Below are positions 8,418-21,112 of a stretch of DNA of 38,802 bases, one piece after another. A program made the position numbers and the translations under genes. The stretch's first letter is position 1, and each line of letters begins with the position of its first letter. Origin of the DNA: Rhodospirillales bacterium (GTDB lineage: Bacteria > Pseudomonadota > Alphaproteobacteria > Rhodospirillales > JAPHTL01); the NCBI GenBank assembly GCA_026193355.1, contig JAPHTL010000075.1, forward strand, positions 1 through 38,802, given 5' to 3'. The notes beneath the pieces are model-generated. The model was not told the origin of the DNA. It searched no databases and was given only the letters and a program-made list of their open reading frames with translations.

Positions 8418-9374
8418 ATGCACAATTTTCTCGATTTCGAAAAACCGATAGCGGAACTCGAAGGCAAGATCGCCGAGCTTCGCCACCTTTCCAGCGACGG
8501 CGACCTCAACATCGCCGAAGAAGTTTCCAAATTGCAGGGAAAGCTGGACAAGCTGCTGCGGCAGACCTATTCGAAGCTGACGCCCTGGCAGAAGGCCCAG
8601 GTGGCCCGCCATCCGGACCGTCCCCATGCGTGCGACTACATCGAAGGCCTGATCGAGGATTTCACACCGCTGGCTGGCGATCGTCTGTTTGCCGAGGACA
8701 ACGCCATCGTTGGTGGGCTCGGCCGTTTTCGTGGGCGTTCCGTCGTCGTCATCGGTAACGAAAAGGGGTCAGGAACGGAGGCGCGCGTTCGCCATAATTT
8801 CGGCATGGCGCGCCCTGAGGGCTACCGCAAGGCGCAGCGCCTGATGCGCATGGCAGATCAGTTCGGCCTGCCGGTGATCACACTTGTCGATACACCCGGC
8901 GCCTATCCCGGTATTGATGCAGAAGAGCGCGGCCAGGCCGAAGCCATCGCGCGCAGCATCGACGTCTGCCTGGGTATCCGTGTGCCGCTGGTCAGCATCG
9001 TCATCGGCGAGGGTGGGTCGGGCGGCGCCATTGCGTTGGCGACCGGTAATACCGTCATGATGCTGGAACACGCCATTTATTCCGTGATCTCGCCCGAAGG
9101 CTGCGCGTCCATCCTGTGGCGTAGCGGCGACCAGGCCAAGGAGGCCGCCGAGGCCTTGAAGCTGACCGCGCAGGATCTTCTGGAACTGGCCGTCATCGAC
9201 CGCATCGTTCCAGAACCGCTGGGCGGCGCGCAGCGCAGTCGTGGGACGACGATCAAGGCTGTTGGCGATGCTGTCGAGGCATCGCTTGACGGTCTGGTGA
9301 AGATGGAAGGCGGCGTCCTGCGCGCCAAACGACGCGAAAAATTCCTTGAAATGGGACGCCACGGGCTGGAATAG
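8418..9374 (+). CDS. accA: Acetyl-CoA carboxylase carboxyltransferase subunit alpha
   Basis: Track ORF of 318 aa. [22 protein letters not shown]..., [66 protein letters not shown] are all characteristic AccA blocks. Confidence 0.95.
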   Translation: MHNFLDFEKPIAELEGKIAELRHLSSDGDLNIAEEVSKLQGKLDKLLRQTYSKLTPWQKAQVARHPDRPHACDYIEGLIEDFTPLAGDRLFAEDNAIVGGLGRFRGRSVVVIGNEKGSGTEARVRHNFGMARPEGYRKAQRLMRMADQFGLPVITLVDTPGAYPGIDAEERGQAEAIARSIDVCLGIRVPLVSIVIGEGGSGGAIALATGNTVMMLEHAIYSVISPEGCASILWRSGDQAKEAAEALKLTAQDLLELAVIDRIVPEPLGGAQRSRGTTIKAVGDAVEASLDGLVKMEGGVLRAKRREKFLEMGRHGLE

Positions 9375-9397
9375 GGCGTTATGAACCCAAGAACATG

Positions 9398-9426
9398 AAA
9401 AAGGCGGCCGTCTCGGCCGCCTTTTT
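9398..9426. terminator. Bidirectional intrinsic terminator between convergent accA and secA
   Basis: AAAAA GGCGGCCG tct CGGCCGCC TTTTT. A perfect 8-bp GC stem (9403..9410 / 9414..9421) is flanked by an A5 tract and a T5 tract, so it reads as stem plus U-tract on both strands. Confidence 0.65.
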
Positions 9427-9449
9427 CTGTTTTACACCTGCTGGCCGGT

Positions 9450-12173
<2,724 letters not shown>

Positions 12174-12398
12174 GGAATCCCCTCGTTGAGGATGGAAGCT
12201 TGCGCGGGGTGGCAAGGTTTGACACACCTGGCGCGAGAAAGAGATAGAAGCCTGAAGGGGTCCTGTCAACGGCTCGGCGTCGCAGAACGTCAGAAGTAGG
12301 GCTTGGCGGGGCAGGGGGTTTGGCGTAGCCTGCCCGCTCTACGCAGGAGGCGGACCTTTCCGCTTGCCGCCAAATCAACCGGAACAGGACTGAAATCG

Positions 12399-13250
12399 AT
12401 GCCAAAAACGCTTTCCCGCCTGCTTGCCGCGACCGCCATCATGGCCGTGACCGCAATGCCGTTTGCCGCCGCCGCAGAGGATACCGCCGGTCAGACCGTC
12501 GTCGCCATCGTCAATGGCGAAAAGATTTTCCGGCAGGATGTGGAAGAATCGCGCTTTTTGTTGCCCCAACAGTACCAGCAGCTTCCCCTCGAAGCGGTTT
12601 ACGGCCTGCTGCTCAACAGCCTGATCGACCGCAAGCTGACCGCCAAGGCGGCGCGCAGCGAGGGACTCGCCGACGATGAAGAGGTCAAGCGCCAGATGTC
12701 GCGTGTGGAGGAGCAGATCCTGCAACGCGTCTATCTGACCCGGTATATCGAGAAGCGGATCACCGACAAGACCATGCAGGACGGATATCAGGCGTTTCTG
12801 AAGGAAGCGGGCGATGGCCGCGAAGTCCGCGCCCGTCACATCCTGACAGAAACAAAGGAACAGGCGATGGAGGTCATCGCACTTCTGGACAAGGGGGGCG
12901 ATTTCGCCGAACTGGCGAAAACCAAATCGAAGGGGCCGTCGGGTCCGAATGGTGGCGACCTGGGCTTTTTTGACCAGGGATCCATGGTTCCCGAGTTTTC
13001 TAAAGCGGCTTTTGCGCTGAAGACCGGCGAATACACCAAGGAGCCGGTGGAAACCCAGTTCGGCTGGCATGTCATCAAGGTCGAGGAAGCCCGTTCGAAG
13101 GAGCCACCCTCGTTCGAGGAAGTGACTCCGCAAATTCATGCGGACGTGTCGCGCAAGATCGGTGGAGAGCTGATCGAGTCGCTGCGCGAGAAGGCAACTA
13201 TCAAGCGCTTCCGTATGGATGGAACCGAGGTCCCGGAAGAGAAGAAGTAA
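12399..13250 (+). CDS. Periplasmic parvulin-type peptidyl-prolyl isomerase (SurA/PpiC-like)
   Basis: Track ORF starts at 12303. ATG 12399 gives the signal peptide [28 protein letters not shown]. PpiC rotamase domain: [63 protein letters not shown]...[10 protein letters not shown]. Confidence 0.85.
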   Translation: MPKTLSRLLAATAIMAVTAMPFAAAAEDTAGQTVVAIVNGEKIFRQDVEESRFLLPQQYQQLPLEAVYGLLLNSLIDRKLTAKAARSEGLADDEEVKRQMSRVEEQILQRVYLTRYIEKRITDKTMQDGYQAFLKEAGDGREVRARHILTETKEQAMEVIALLDKGGDFAELAKTKSKGPSGPNGGDLGFFDQGSMVPEFSKAAFALKTGEYTKEPVETQFGWHVIKVEEARSKEPPSFEEVTPQIHADVSRKIGGELIESLREKATIKRFRMDGTEVPEEKK

Positions 13251-13299
13251 CGCGCCTTCAGGCAGCTGCCTGAAGGGTGTTTGCAAAAGGAACCAGGAA

Positions 13300-14538
13300 A
13301 TGGGCATGAAGCTGACGACATCACCGCTTGCCCCCAAGGCCTTTCCCGAAATGCGGCCGATCGCGGGGGTGCGGTTGGCTGCCGGGGCGGCGGGTGTGCG
13401 CTATTCGGGGCGAACCGACCTGATGATCGCCGAACTGTCGAAGGGAACGACGGCGGCGGGCGTATTCACGCGTTCGCTTTGTCCGTCTGCGCCCGTCGAC
13501 TGGTGCCGCAAGGCGCTGGCGTCGGGCAAGGCCCAGACGCTGGTTGTCAATTCGGGCAACGCCAACGCCTTTACCGGCAAGGCCGGTGCGGATGCGGTAA
13601 AGCGCACCGTGGCGGCGGCGGCCAAACTGATGGGATGCGCGCAGAATCAGGTATACATCGCTTCAACCGGCCTTATCGGTGAGGTGTTGCCCGATGCCAA
13701 GGTGACCAAGGCGCTGCCCAAACTGGCGAAGGCGCTGAAGCCCGATGCCTGGACGGAAGCCGCCGCGGCGATCATGACCACGGATACTTTCCCGAAAGGG
13801 GCGACCCGGACCGCGAAAATCGGCGATACCGAAGTCACCATCAATGGCATCGCCAAAGGCTCTGGGATGATCGCGCCGGACATGGCGACCATGCTGGCTT
13901 TCATCTTTACCGATGCGGCGATTCCGTCGGACGTCTTGCAGGCGTCGCTGACCCGCGCCGCCGACCGTTCGTTCAACGCGGTGACCGTGGACAGCGATAC
14001 CTCCACCTCGGACAGCGCCATGCTTTTCGCCACGGGCGAAGCGAAACATCCCGTGGTGAAAAAAGCATCCGATCCGCATCTGCGGGCTTTTCGTGCGGCG
14101 CTGGAAGAACTGTGCGCCGATCTTGCGCAACAGATCGTTCGCGATGGCGAGGGCGCGGAGAAACTGGTTTCGATCACCGTGACCGGCGCGGCGTCGGAAA
14201 AGGCGGCGCGTCGCATCGGCCTGTCGATCGCAAACTCGCCGCTGGTCAAGACGGCGATCGCCGGACAGGACGCCAACTGGGGACGGATCGTGATGGCCGT
14301 CGGCAAGGCGGGCGAGAAGGCGGACCGTGACAAGCTCTCGATCGCCATCGGCGGCGTGAAGGTTGCGCGCAGGGGTGCCGTGGTTCCGGGCTATGACGAG
14401 GGACCGGTGGCCGCCCATATGAAGGGCCGGGAAATCGATATCTCGGTCGATGTTGGTATTGGCAAGGGGCGTTCGACCGTGTGGACCTGCGACCTGACTC
14501 ACCGTTACATCGATATCAATGCCGATTACCGGAGCTGA
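13300..14538 (+). CDS. argJ: Bifunctional glutamate N-acetyltransferase / amino-acid acetyltransferase
   Basis: Track ORF starts at 13219 inside the PPIase gene. ATG 13300 (or 13306, [10 protein letters not shown]...) lies after AGGAACCAGGAA. ArgJ blocks: [36 protein letters not shown] (autoprocessing A|TML site), [28 protein letters not shown]. Confidence 0.9.
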   Translation: MGMKLTTSPLAPKAFPEMRPIAGVRLAAGAAGVRYSGRTDLMIAELSKGTTAAGVFTRSLCPSAPVDWCRKALASGKAQTLVVNSGNANAFTGKAGADAVKRTVAAAAKLMGCAQNQVYIASTGLIGEVLPDAKVTKALPKLAKALKPDAWTEAAAAIMTTDTFPKGATRTAKIGDTEVTINGIAKGSGMIAPDMATMLAFIFTDAAIPSDVLQASLTRAADRSFNAVTVDSDTSTSDSAMLFATGEAKHPVVKKASDPHLRAFRAALEELCADLAQQIVRDGEGAEKLVSITVTGAASEKAARRIGLSIANSPLVKTAIAGQDANWGRIVMAVGKAGEKADRDKLSIAIGGVKVARRGAVVPGYDEGPVAAHMKGREIDISVDVGIGKGRSTVWTCDLTHRYIDINADYRS

Positions 14539-14983
14539 TAGCGGCTGCTGGCAGGCGGATGCTCCGAAACCGGATCGTCCGCTGCCCATCGTCCTTGTTT
14601 CCGCCGTCGCCCTGATCGATTTTGACGGACGGGTTCTTGTGGCGAAACGCCCGGAGGGAAAATCCATGGCCGGGCTGTGGGAGTTTCCCGGCGGCAAACT
14701 CCACAACGGCGAAACCCCGGAATCCGCCCTTGTGCGCGAGTTGAAGGAAGAGCTGGCGATCGATATTACAGAAAGCTGTCTGGCGCCGCTCGCCTTCGCC
14801 TCGCACGCCTACGACGACTTTCACCTGCTGATGCCCCTTTTTGTCTGCCGGGTATGGAAGGGAACGCTCACCCCGCTCGAGGGGCAGGAGTTGAAGTGGG
14901 TGCAGCCGGTTCGATTGACCGATCTGCCCATGCCGCCGGCCGACGTGCCCCTTGTCGCCTTGTTGCGCGATTTTCTGGGGTGA
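14519..14983 (+). CDS. mutT: NUDIX hydrolase, MutT-type (deoxy)nucleoside triphosphate pyrophosphohydrolase
   Basis: Track ORF of 154 aa. Nudix box [33 protein letters not shown] 14519 overlaps the argJ end by 20 nt. The true start may be further downstream. Confidence 0.8.
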   Translation: MPITGADSGCWQADAPKPDRPLPIVLVSAVALIDFDGRVLVAKRPEGKSMAGLWEFPGGKLHNGETPESALVRELKEELAIDITESCLAPLAFASHAYDDFHLLMPLFVCRVWKGTLTPLEGQELKWVQPVRLTDLPMPPADVPLVALLRDFLG

Positions 14984-15001
14984 TCGGCGGCTAAATCCCG
15001 A

Positions 15002-15946
15002 TCAATGGATGGCGGGTTGCCGCCGTCCGAAACGCCCCGCCCGCAACGCGGGTTTCGGACTTGTATCATCAGGGGAAGATGTCAGGCGGCTGTAGGTCAG
15101 TGAAAGGCCGCTCGCGCCGCTGGCGACCATCGTGAAGACCATCAGGCCGTCCATCGCCGCCCCAACCGCAATGGCGGCTGGAAGGCTGGTTTCCGAACCG
15201 GCGGTGAAGAGAACAATCGCCGCAGTGAAAACACCGATGAAATTAAGGATCATTCCGCTCAGCATGCCTGTCAACAGGATGACGCCAAGCACACGCCAAC
15301 CGTTGTTGCGGCTCAGCCGCCACGCGTGAAGGGGGTTTGCGCCTTCGTCGGCGGCGATGGACGGCAGGACAAGGGCAAGCCGCGCAATAATGGGCAGGGC
15401 TATGATCAATGTCATGAAGGTGACAGTAGCGGTCGTGGCTAGGAACTCGGCGGGATTTGTGGTCAGGCCGGAACTGACGACTACATGGCCGATTGTCTCG
15501 ACCAGGGCGTCGCTGAATCCGACAAGTGGAGCCATAGCCACATAACAGACGAAAAACAGGGCTTCACGCCGCCCGAATCCGAGGCCGTGCCTTTTGCCAA
15601 TGGCCCATTCCCCCATAAGTGTGAGCCTGATCCATGAAACGGTGAAGGGGATCGTCACAACCGCAAGAAGGGTGTAGAGCGCGGTTGTCGCGCGCCCGTC
15701 GAAGCCGGAAACGCCCCACAGATAATAGACGCCGAAACAGGCAGACAGATAGACGCCCATCGGCACGGCGATCAGTCGAAAGAAACACCCCTTGTGTCCG
15801 ATCAAAAAACCGAAAGCGTCGCGACCAGTATCCCATACGGAAAAATTGCCGTCGTCGGTTCGATCGTCAATGCGCTCTCGCGTTGGGTGCATGGACTTGT
15901 CGCTCATTGCCGTTGAGGTTGCCTTGATCTTGCCTTGGCGTTGCAT
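15002..15946 (-). CDS. Multi-pass integral membrane protein, unknown function
   Basis: Track ORF of 314 aa with about 6-7 hydrophobic segments (e.g. LIAVPMGVYLSACFGVYYLWGV, LYTLLAVVTIPFTVSWI, VTFMTLIIALPIIARLALVL, VLGVILLTGMLSGMILNFIGVFTAAIVLF). I recognise no motif. The start is ambiguous (ATGs at 15946, 15907 and 15892, none with a clear SD). Confidence 0.6.
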   Translation of the reverse strand: MQRQGKIKATSTAMSDKSMHPTRERIDDRTDDGNFSVWDTGRDAFGFLIGHKGCFFRLIAVPMGVYLSACFGVYYLWGVSGFDGRATTALYTLLAVVTIPFTVSWIRLTLMGEWAIGKRHGLGFGRREALFFVCYVAMAPLVGFSDALVETIGHVVVSSGLTTNPAEFLATTATVTFMTLIIALPIIARLALVLPSIAADEGANPLHAWRLSRNNGWRVLGVILLTGMLSGMILNFIGVFTAAIVLFTAGSETSLPAAIAVGAAMDGLMVFTMVASGASGLSLTYSRLTSSPDDTSPKPALRAGRFGRRQPAIH

Positions 15947-16076
15947 TTTGGTCAGTGACCGGGGTCACATTGTGGGCCTTTGGCCGTGACATGGTGATGC
16001 TTCCCAGCCGGGCGCTTCCTGCTATCATCCGTAACAGCAGTTTTGTGGGCGGTGCTGAAGGAGCGCGGGAAGAGAG

Positions 16077-16847
16077 ATGGCCGGGGATCGTGTTGTTACC
16101 GCCTGTATCATCGTCATTGGCAACGAGGTCCTGTCCGGCCGGACGCGCGATGCCAACATACAGTTTCTTGCCGGGCAGCTTAACGAGGCGGGTATCCGTG
16201 TCGTCGAGGCCCGCGTTATTCCCGATATCACGCAGACGATCATCGATACCGTCAATGACTGCCGAAAGCGCTTCGACTATGTCTTTACGACGGGTGGTAT
16301 CGGCCCGACCCACGACGACATAACATCGGCCTCCATCGCCGAGGCTTTCGGGGTTGCGCTTGAACGGAACGCCGAGGCCGAGGCCAGATTGCGCGCCCAC
16401 TACCGGAACGACGAGACGCTGCTCAACGCCTCACGCCTGAAGATGGCGGATATCCCGGCAGGCGCCACACTGATCGACAATCCGATCAGCACGGCGCCCG
16501 GCTTTCGCATCGGCAACGTTTTTGTGATGGCGGGAATCCCAAAGATCGTCGAGGCCATGTTCCTTTCTTTCCGCCATGAACTGACAGGCGGCGCGCCCGT
16601 TGTATCGCGGACAGTCTCGGCGGTGGTGGGGGAAGGGGATCTGGCGGCGGGACTTGGCGCGTTGCAGGCGGATTTCCCGGATATGGATATCGGCAGCTAT
16701 CCCTATTTCCGACCGGGGCGTATAGGGGTCAGCGTGGTGATACGGGGAACCGACGCTGCGCGTGTCGACGAGGCGGCCGCCGCTCTGCGCGACCTGTATC
16801 GTCAACTTGGTGCGGAGCCCATCGAGGGCGAAGACAGCAGGAAATAA
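16077..16847 (+). CDS. CinA-like molybdopterin-binding (MoCF_biosynth) domain protein
   Basis: Track ORF of 256 aa; GGGAAGAGAG SD upstream. N-terminal block ACIIVIGNEVLSGRTRDANIQFLAGQLNEAGIRV...DYVFTTGGIGPTHDDIT is the MoaB/MogA/CinA-N fold signature. Confidence 0.85.
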   Translation: MAGDRVVTACIIVIGNEVLSGRTRDANIQFLAGQLNEAGIRVVEARVIPDITQTIIDTVNDCRKRFDYVFTTGGIGPTHDDITSASIAEAFGVALERNAEAEARLRAHYRNDETLLNASRLKMADIPAGATLIDNPISTAPGFRIGNVFVMAGIPKIVEAMFLSFRHELTGGAPVVSRTVSAVVGEGDLAAGLGALQADFPDMDIGSYPYFRPGRIGVSVVIRGTDAARVDEAAAALRDLYRQLGAEPIEGEDSRK

Positions 16848-16856
16848 ACAAGTCAT

Positions 16857-17108
16857 ATGTCCCAGCTTCAACAGCACCAGAAACACGCGTTGGGCTTTTT
16901 GCTCAAGCATCTCGTTGCGGGAACCGGTGGCGGCTTTCTGTTCGGCGGGTTGTTGCTTTATTTCGATCTGGGCGGAATGGGAACGATGATTTTCGCCTCG
17001 CCCGACATGTGGCTGTTCCTGTTTTTGCTGTTTTTCGGCCTGTTTATCACATTCGGCAGCATTGGCATGGCCTGGGGGATATTCTCTCTCGGCCAGGAAA
17101 GGGACTGA
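16857..17108 (+). CDS. Small two-helix membrane protein, unknown function
   Basis: Track ORF of 83 aa, starting 9 nt after the cinA-like stop. Two clear hydrophobic helices (GGGFLFGGLLLYFDLGGMG and MWLFLFLLFFGLFITFGSIGMAWGIF). No strong SD. Confidence 0.5.
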   Translation: MSQLQQHQKHALGFLLKHLVAGTGGGFLFGGLLLYFDLGGMGTMIFASPDMWLFLFLLFFGLFITFGSIGMAWGIFSLGQERD

Positions 17109-17110
17109 TC

Positions 17111-17329
17111 CTATTCTGGCCCTTCCGGTGTTCCCCGCCCGCGCAGCAGGTGTGCGACAAGAACGCCGACAATCCAGACCGCCAGCGGCACCATGAAAAT
17201 GGTGTCGAAGAAGGGGTGGTTCTGATCGCCTCCTGTCACATAAAGGACGACGAGGAACCACCCGACCGTGAAGACATATCCGGCCCTGACCCAGGGGTTG
17301 CGATCCCGAAAAAGGTTTTTGCGGACCAT
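17111..17329 (-). CDS. Small two-helix membrane protein, unknown function, translationally coupled to the enoyl-CoA hydratase
   Basis: Track ORF 17111..17332 begins at a GTG. The ATG at 17329 overlaps the hydratase stop as TGATG. Translation MVRKNLFRDRNPWVRAGYVFTVGWFLVVLYVTGG...IFMVPLAVWIVGVLVAHLL shows two TM helices. Confidence 0.55.
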   Translation of the reverse strand: MVRKNLFRDRNPWVRAGYVFTVGWFLVVLYVTGGDQNHPFFDTIFMVPLAVWIVGVLVAHLLRGRGTPEGPE

Positions 17330-18126
17330 CACTTTCCTGTGAATGCGGGTTTGCGCTTTTCGGTAAAGGCCCTGACGCCTTCGGAGAAATCGGATGTTCT
17401 CGCGCTGGACGCGAAATTTTCTTCCTCGGCGCGAAGCTGATCGGCAAGGTCGTTGTTTAGCGAACTGTTGATCAGGGCCTTGGTGCGGCCCAGCGCCGTT
17501 GTCGGACCCGCGGCCAGCCGCTGGGCCAGCTTTGCGGTTTCGGCATCCAGTTGGTCGAGGGGAACGACCCGATTGACCAGGCCGTAACGCTCCGCCGTTT
17601 CCGCATCGAAGCGGTCGCCCAGCAGCGCCAGTTCCATCGCGCGTTTCATGCCGACCATGCGGGGCAGAGAATAGGTGGAACTGCCATCAGGCGTGGTGCC
17701 GATATTGCAATAGGCCAGTGTGAACACGGAGTTGTCCGCGGCGATGGCGAGGTCGGCGGCCATCATGAGGCTGAGGCCAAAACCGGCGGAAGCCCCGCGA
17801 ACACTGGCGATGACCGGTTTTGGCATACGGCGGAACGACTGGATCGTGCGGTGAACATCGCCGAGCAAGCGGTCCAGGTTCAGGTTCAGTTCCTCGGCCG
17901 GAAGGTCCAGCCATTCACGGAACAAAAAGATATCGCCGCCCGCCATGAAATGGTCGCCTTCGCCCTTGATGACGACGCAACGGACGTTGGTATCGTTTTC
18001 AACCTTGTATGCTGCACGGCGCAAATCCTCGACCATCATGTCGTTCAGCGCGTTCAGCTCCTTCGGGCGGTTCAGCGTCAGCGTTGCAATTGCGCCGGCG
18101 ATTTCCGTGCGGACCGTTTCACCCAT
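17329..18126 (-). CDS. Enoyl-CoA hydratase/isomerase (crotonase) family protein
   Basis: Track ORF extends to 18189. ATG 18126 (MGETVRTEIAGAIATLTLNRPKELNAL) is preceded by AGGGGAGAGGAAATA. Crotonase blocks: VVIKGEGDHFMAGGDI, PVIASVRGASAGFGLSLMMAADLAIAADNSVF. Confidence 0.9.
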   Translation of the reverse strand: MGETVRTEIAGAIATLTLNRPKELNALNDMMVEDLRRAAYKVENDTNVRCVVIKGEGDHFMAGGDIFLFREWLDLPAEELNLNLDRLLGDVHRTIQSFRRMPKPVIASVRGASAGFGLSLMMAADLAIAADNSVFTLAYCNIGTTPDGSSTYSLPRMVGMKRAMELALLGDRFDAETAERYGLVNRVVPLDQLDAETAKLAQRLAAGPTTALGRTKALINSSLNNDLADQLRAEEENFASSARTSDFSEGVRAFTEKRKPAFTGK

Positions 18127-18350
18127 TATTTCCTCTCCCCTATCGAAACACGGCGGGACTTTATCAGAACTGATCGGCGGCATCGACAACCGAAAGTAAG
18201 CCTGTCGAAAAGGTGAATGGCGGGTGGCCTATTCTACCTGTTTTTCTCGTATTGCGTTGCCGTAATGCCTCCCTTATCGTTCCGCCCGAATGGAACGGAA
18301 TAACGGGACGTTAACCCGCGCGTTCCCGGTTGTGCAGGGGGAGAATAGTC

Positions 18351-19220
18351 TTGGAAATCATCCAGCTTCTGGTTAGCGGTATCGCCCAGGGCTGCGTCTA
18401 TGGCCTGATCGCTCTCGGTTTTGTCCTTATCTACAAGGCCACGGAAATCGTGAACTTCGCGCAAGGCGACCTGATGATGATGGGCGCCTTCGTTGCCGTA
18501 ACGCTGATCGGCGGATTCGGGTTGCCCTACTGGCTGGGATTCCTTGGCGCCATCGCGCTGATGGCCGTTTTCGGTTATCTCCTAGATGTGATCGCGCTAC
18601 GTCCGGTCATCGGCCAACCCCAGTTCGCCATCATCATTCTGACCATCAGCCTTGGGTTCGTTCTGCGCTCCGTCGCAGGCGGCGTTTGGGGCGCCGAGCC
18701 ACTGACATTCCAGACTCCTTTCTCGGGCAAGGTGATCGAGGCTGGCGGTGTGATTCTGGCGCAGGACAATCTGGCGATCATTGTCGGCACACTGGTCCTG
18801 TGCGTCGTTCTCTTCTTCTTCTTCAAGCACACGCGTCTCGGCGTGGCGATGCAGGCGGCCTCCCAGAACCAGCTGGCCGCCTACTACATGGGCATCCCCG
18901 TGAAGGTCGTCTTTTCACTGATCTGGGCAATCAGCGCAGGCGTCGCAGCTGCGGCGGGCCTGTTGCTCGCGCCGACCTCGATGGTCGATACCATGATGGG
19001 CTTCATGGGCATCAAGGCGTTTGCCGCGGCGGTCATCGGCGGGTTCGGAAGCCTGCCCGGCGCGTTGCTCGGCGGCCTGATCATCGGCATCAGCGAACAG
19101 TTCGCGGGCGTCTATCTGCCCGCCGGTTTCAAGGAAACGGTCGCTTACCTGATCATGCTTGGGGTTCTGACGATTCGTCCGCAGGGTCTGTTCGCCCAGA
19201 TCCAGCGCAAGAAGGTATAG
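18351..19220 (+). CDS. livH: Liv-type (HAAT family) ABC transporter permease, LivH-like
   Basis: Track ORF starts at TTG 18330. A second TTG at 18351 (LEIIQLLVSGIAQGCVYGLIALGFVLIY, the typical LivH N-terminus) follows GGGGAG by about 8 nt. Multi-TM throughout. Confidence 0.9.
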   Translation: MEIIQLLVSGIAQGCVYGLIALGFVLIYKATEIVNFAQGDLMMMGAFVAVTLIGGFGLPYWLGFLGAIALMAVFGYLLDVIALRPVIGQPQFAIIILTISLGFVLRSVAGGVWGAEPLTFQTPFSGKVIEAGGVILAQDNLAIIVGTLVLCVVLFFFFKHTRLGVAMQAASQNQLAAYYMGIPVKVVFSLIWAISAGVAAAAGLLLAPTSMVDTMMGFMGIKAFAAAVIGGFGSLPGALLGGLIIGISEQFAGVYLPAGFKETVAYLIMLGVLTIRPQGLFAQIQRKKV

Positions 19221-19233
19221 GAGAGGGCATCCC

Positions 19234-20310
19234 GTGCGTATTCTGTTCAAAACCGATTACGGCCAGGACCTCCGCATCTTCAAGCACAGCGGATATTATT
19301 TCTGGTACGGACTTCTTGCCGTGGCGCTGTTGACGGCGCCGTTCGTGCTCGACGATTTCTACGTTGGCGAAATGTCGATGGTGTTTATCTACGCCATCGC
19401 CGGTCTGGGTCTGATGCTTCTTGTCGGCTACACGGGGCAGGTCAGCCTCGGCCATGCGGCGTTTCTGGCCATCGGCGCCTACGTCAACGCCTGGATGATA
19501 CAGCATGGCGTTCCCTTCTTCGCCTCGCTGGCGATTGCCGGGGTTCTTTCGGCCGCAGCGGGGATCGTGATCGCCATCCCTGCATTGCGCATGACCGGTG
19601 TATACCTGGCCATCGCGACGCTGGCGTTTTCGATCATCGTCGAACAGTTGATCGTGCATTGGGAAAGCGTGACCGGAGGCTTCAGGGGCTTCCCCGTCGA
19701 CCCGCCGACCGCCTTCGGCCAGCAGCTCTCGGACCCCTGGCAATTCTACCTTCTGTGCCTCGGTGTCCTGGTCATTGTTCTTCTGGGCTGTGTGAATCTG
19801 CTACGCTCACCCACCGGTCGGGCGATGATGGCGATACGCGATTCGGAAGTATCGGCCCAGAGCATGGGCGTCAATATCGCCAGATACAAGACGATCGCCT
19901 TCGCCCTGAGCGCGGGCATCACCGGTATCGCCGGTGCGCTATTCGGACACAAGCTCAGCTATCTGGCGCCTGACGCCTTCAACATGATCATCTCGGTCCA
20001 GCTTCTTTTGATGGTGGTTGTCGGAGGATTGGGTTCGCTTCATGGGGCCATCTACGGCGCGATCTTCATCGGTCTTTTGCCGCAGGGCCTGGCCATGCTC
20101 CGCGATACGTTGCCATCGGCCATCGGTCAGATGCCGGGCCTGGAGCCTGGGGTCTTCGGCCTTATCCTGGTTCTGTTCATCATCTTCGAGCCCTACGGAC
20201 TTTATGGACGTTGGCGCAAGGTCAAACTGTTCTTCAGCGTCTTCCCGCTTTACCGGAAGTCGATGTTCAAGCGCCAGAAGGCCTATCTGAAAACCGAGCG
20301 GATGCGATGA
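19234..20310 (+). CDS. livM: Liv-type (HAAT family) ABC transporter permease, LivM-like
   Basis: Track ORF of 358 aa with a GTG start after AGGAGAGGG. Typical LivM blocks: IYAIAGLGLMLLVGYTGQVSLGHAAFLAIGAY, MMAIRDSEVSAQSMGVNIARYK. Confidence 0.9.
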   Translation: MRILFKTDYGQDLRIFKHSGYYFWYGLLAVALLTAPFVLDDFYVGEMSMVFIYAIAGLGLMLLVGYTGQVSLGHAAFLAIGAYVNAWMIQHGVPFFASLAIAGVLSAAAGIVIAIPALRMTGVYLAIATLAFSIIVEQLIVHWESVTGGFRGFPVDPPTAFGQQLSDPWQFYLLCLGVLVIVLLGCVNLLRSPTGRAMMAIRDSEVSAQSMGVNIARYKTIAFALSAGITGIAGALFGHKLSYLAPDAFNMIISVQLLLMVVVGGLGSLHGAIYGAIFIGLLPQGLAMLRDTLPSAIGQMPGLEPGVFGLILVLFIIFEPYGLYGRWRKVKLFFSVFPLYRKSMFKRQKAYLKTERMR

Positions 20311-20323
20311 GGGGGGCGCGGCG

Positions 20324-21112
20324 ATGACTGACACGACCACCTCCCCGATTTTCGCGGCAAGGGATCTGGCCATCCATTTCGGTGGCATTCATGCCGTGGA
20401 TGGTGTGACCTTCGACGTCAATACGGGCGAGGTCTATACCATCGTTGGACCCAACGGCGCGGGGAAGACCACCATCTTCAACCTGATCAGCCGCATCTAC
20501 GATCCTACCGGCGGGAAACTCTATTTCGAAGGAAGCGATATCACGTCGGTTCCCCCCGACAGGGTGGCCGGCCTGGGCATCGCGCGGACTTTCCAGAATA
20601 TCGAACTGTTCGAGCATGCGACCGTTTTGCAGAATCTTCTGGTCGGGCGGCACACCCATCGCCGGTCAAACCTGCTGAGCGATATCCTGTTCCTGCCCTC
20701 CGTCCGCCGGGCCGAGCATGAGGAGCGCAAAAAGGTCGAAGAGGTGATCGACTTTCTCGACCTTCAGCATTATCGCGACCAGATGATCGCCAACCTTCCC
20801 TACGGTGCGCGAAAGGTCGTCGAACTGGCCCGGGCGCTGTGCACAGAGCCAAAATTGCTGCTTCTCGACGAACCGGCCTCGGGCCTCAACGTCGAGGAAA
20901 CCGAGGACATGGCCTTCTGGATCGAGGACATCAAGAAGGACCTTGGGGTCACCGTCATCATGGTGGAACATGACATGAGCCTCGTCTCGCAGGTGTCCGA
21001 TCGGGTGCTGGCCATCAACAATGGCCGCATGCTGGCGGAAGGAACGCCGTCCGAGGTGCAGAACAACGCCGAAGTCATCAAGGCGTATCTGGGGGATGAC
21101 GCCGATGTCTGA
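20324..21112 (+). CDS. livG: ABC transporter ATP-binding protein, LivG-like
   Basis: Track ORF of 262 aa. Walker A GPNGAGKTT, signature LPYGARKVVELARAL, Walker B LLLLDEPASGL. SD GAGGGGGG upstream. Confidence 0.9.
   Translation: MTDTTTSPIFAARDLAIHFGGIHAVDGVTFDVNTGEVYTIVGPNGAGKTTIFNLISRIYDPTGGKLYFEGSDITSVPPDRVAGLGIARTFQNIELFEHATVLQNLLVGRHTHRRSNLLSDILFLPSVRRAEHEERKKVEEVIDFLDLQHYRDQMIANLPYGARKVVELARALCTEPKLLLLDEPASGLNVEETEDMAFWIEDIKKDLGVTVIMVEHDMSLVSQVSDRVLAINNGRMLAEGTPSEVQNNAEVIKAYLGDDADV

Noticed and set aside
18217-18303. 28-codon upstream ORF (MAGGLFYLFFSYCVAVMPPLSFRPNGTE) in the 224-nt leader region before livH, together with short hairpins (CGTTCC…GGAACG at about 18280..18298). This could have been a leader peptide or attenuator.
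   Set aside because: There is no properly spaced SD, no run of regulatory codons, no terminator-like stem plus U-tract before livH, and the stems are only 6 bp. It is indistinguishable from chance without conservation or ribosome-profiling data.
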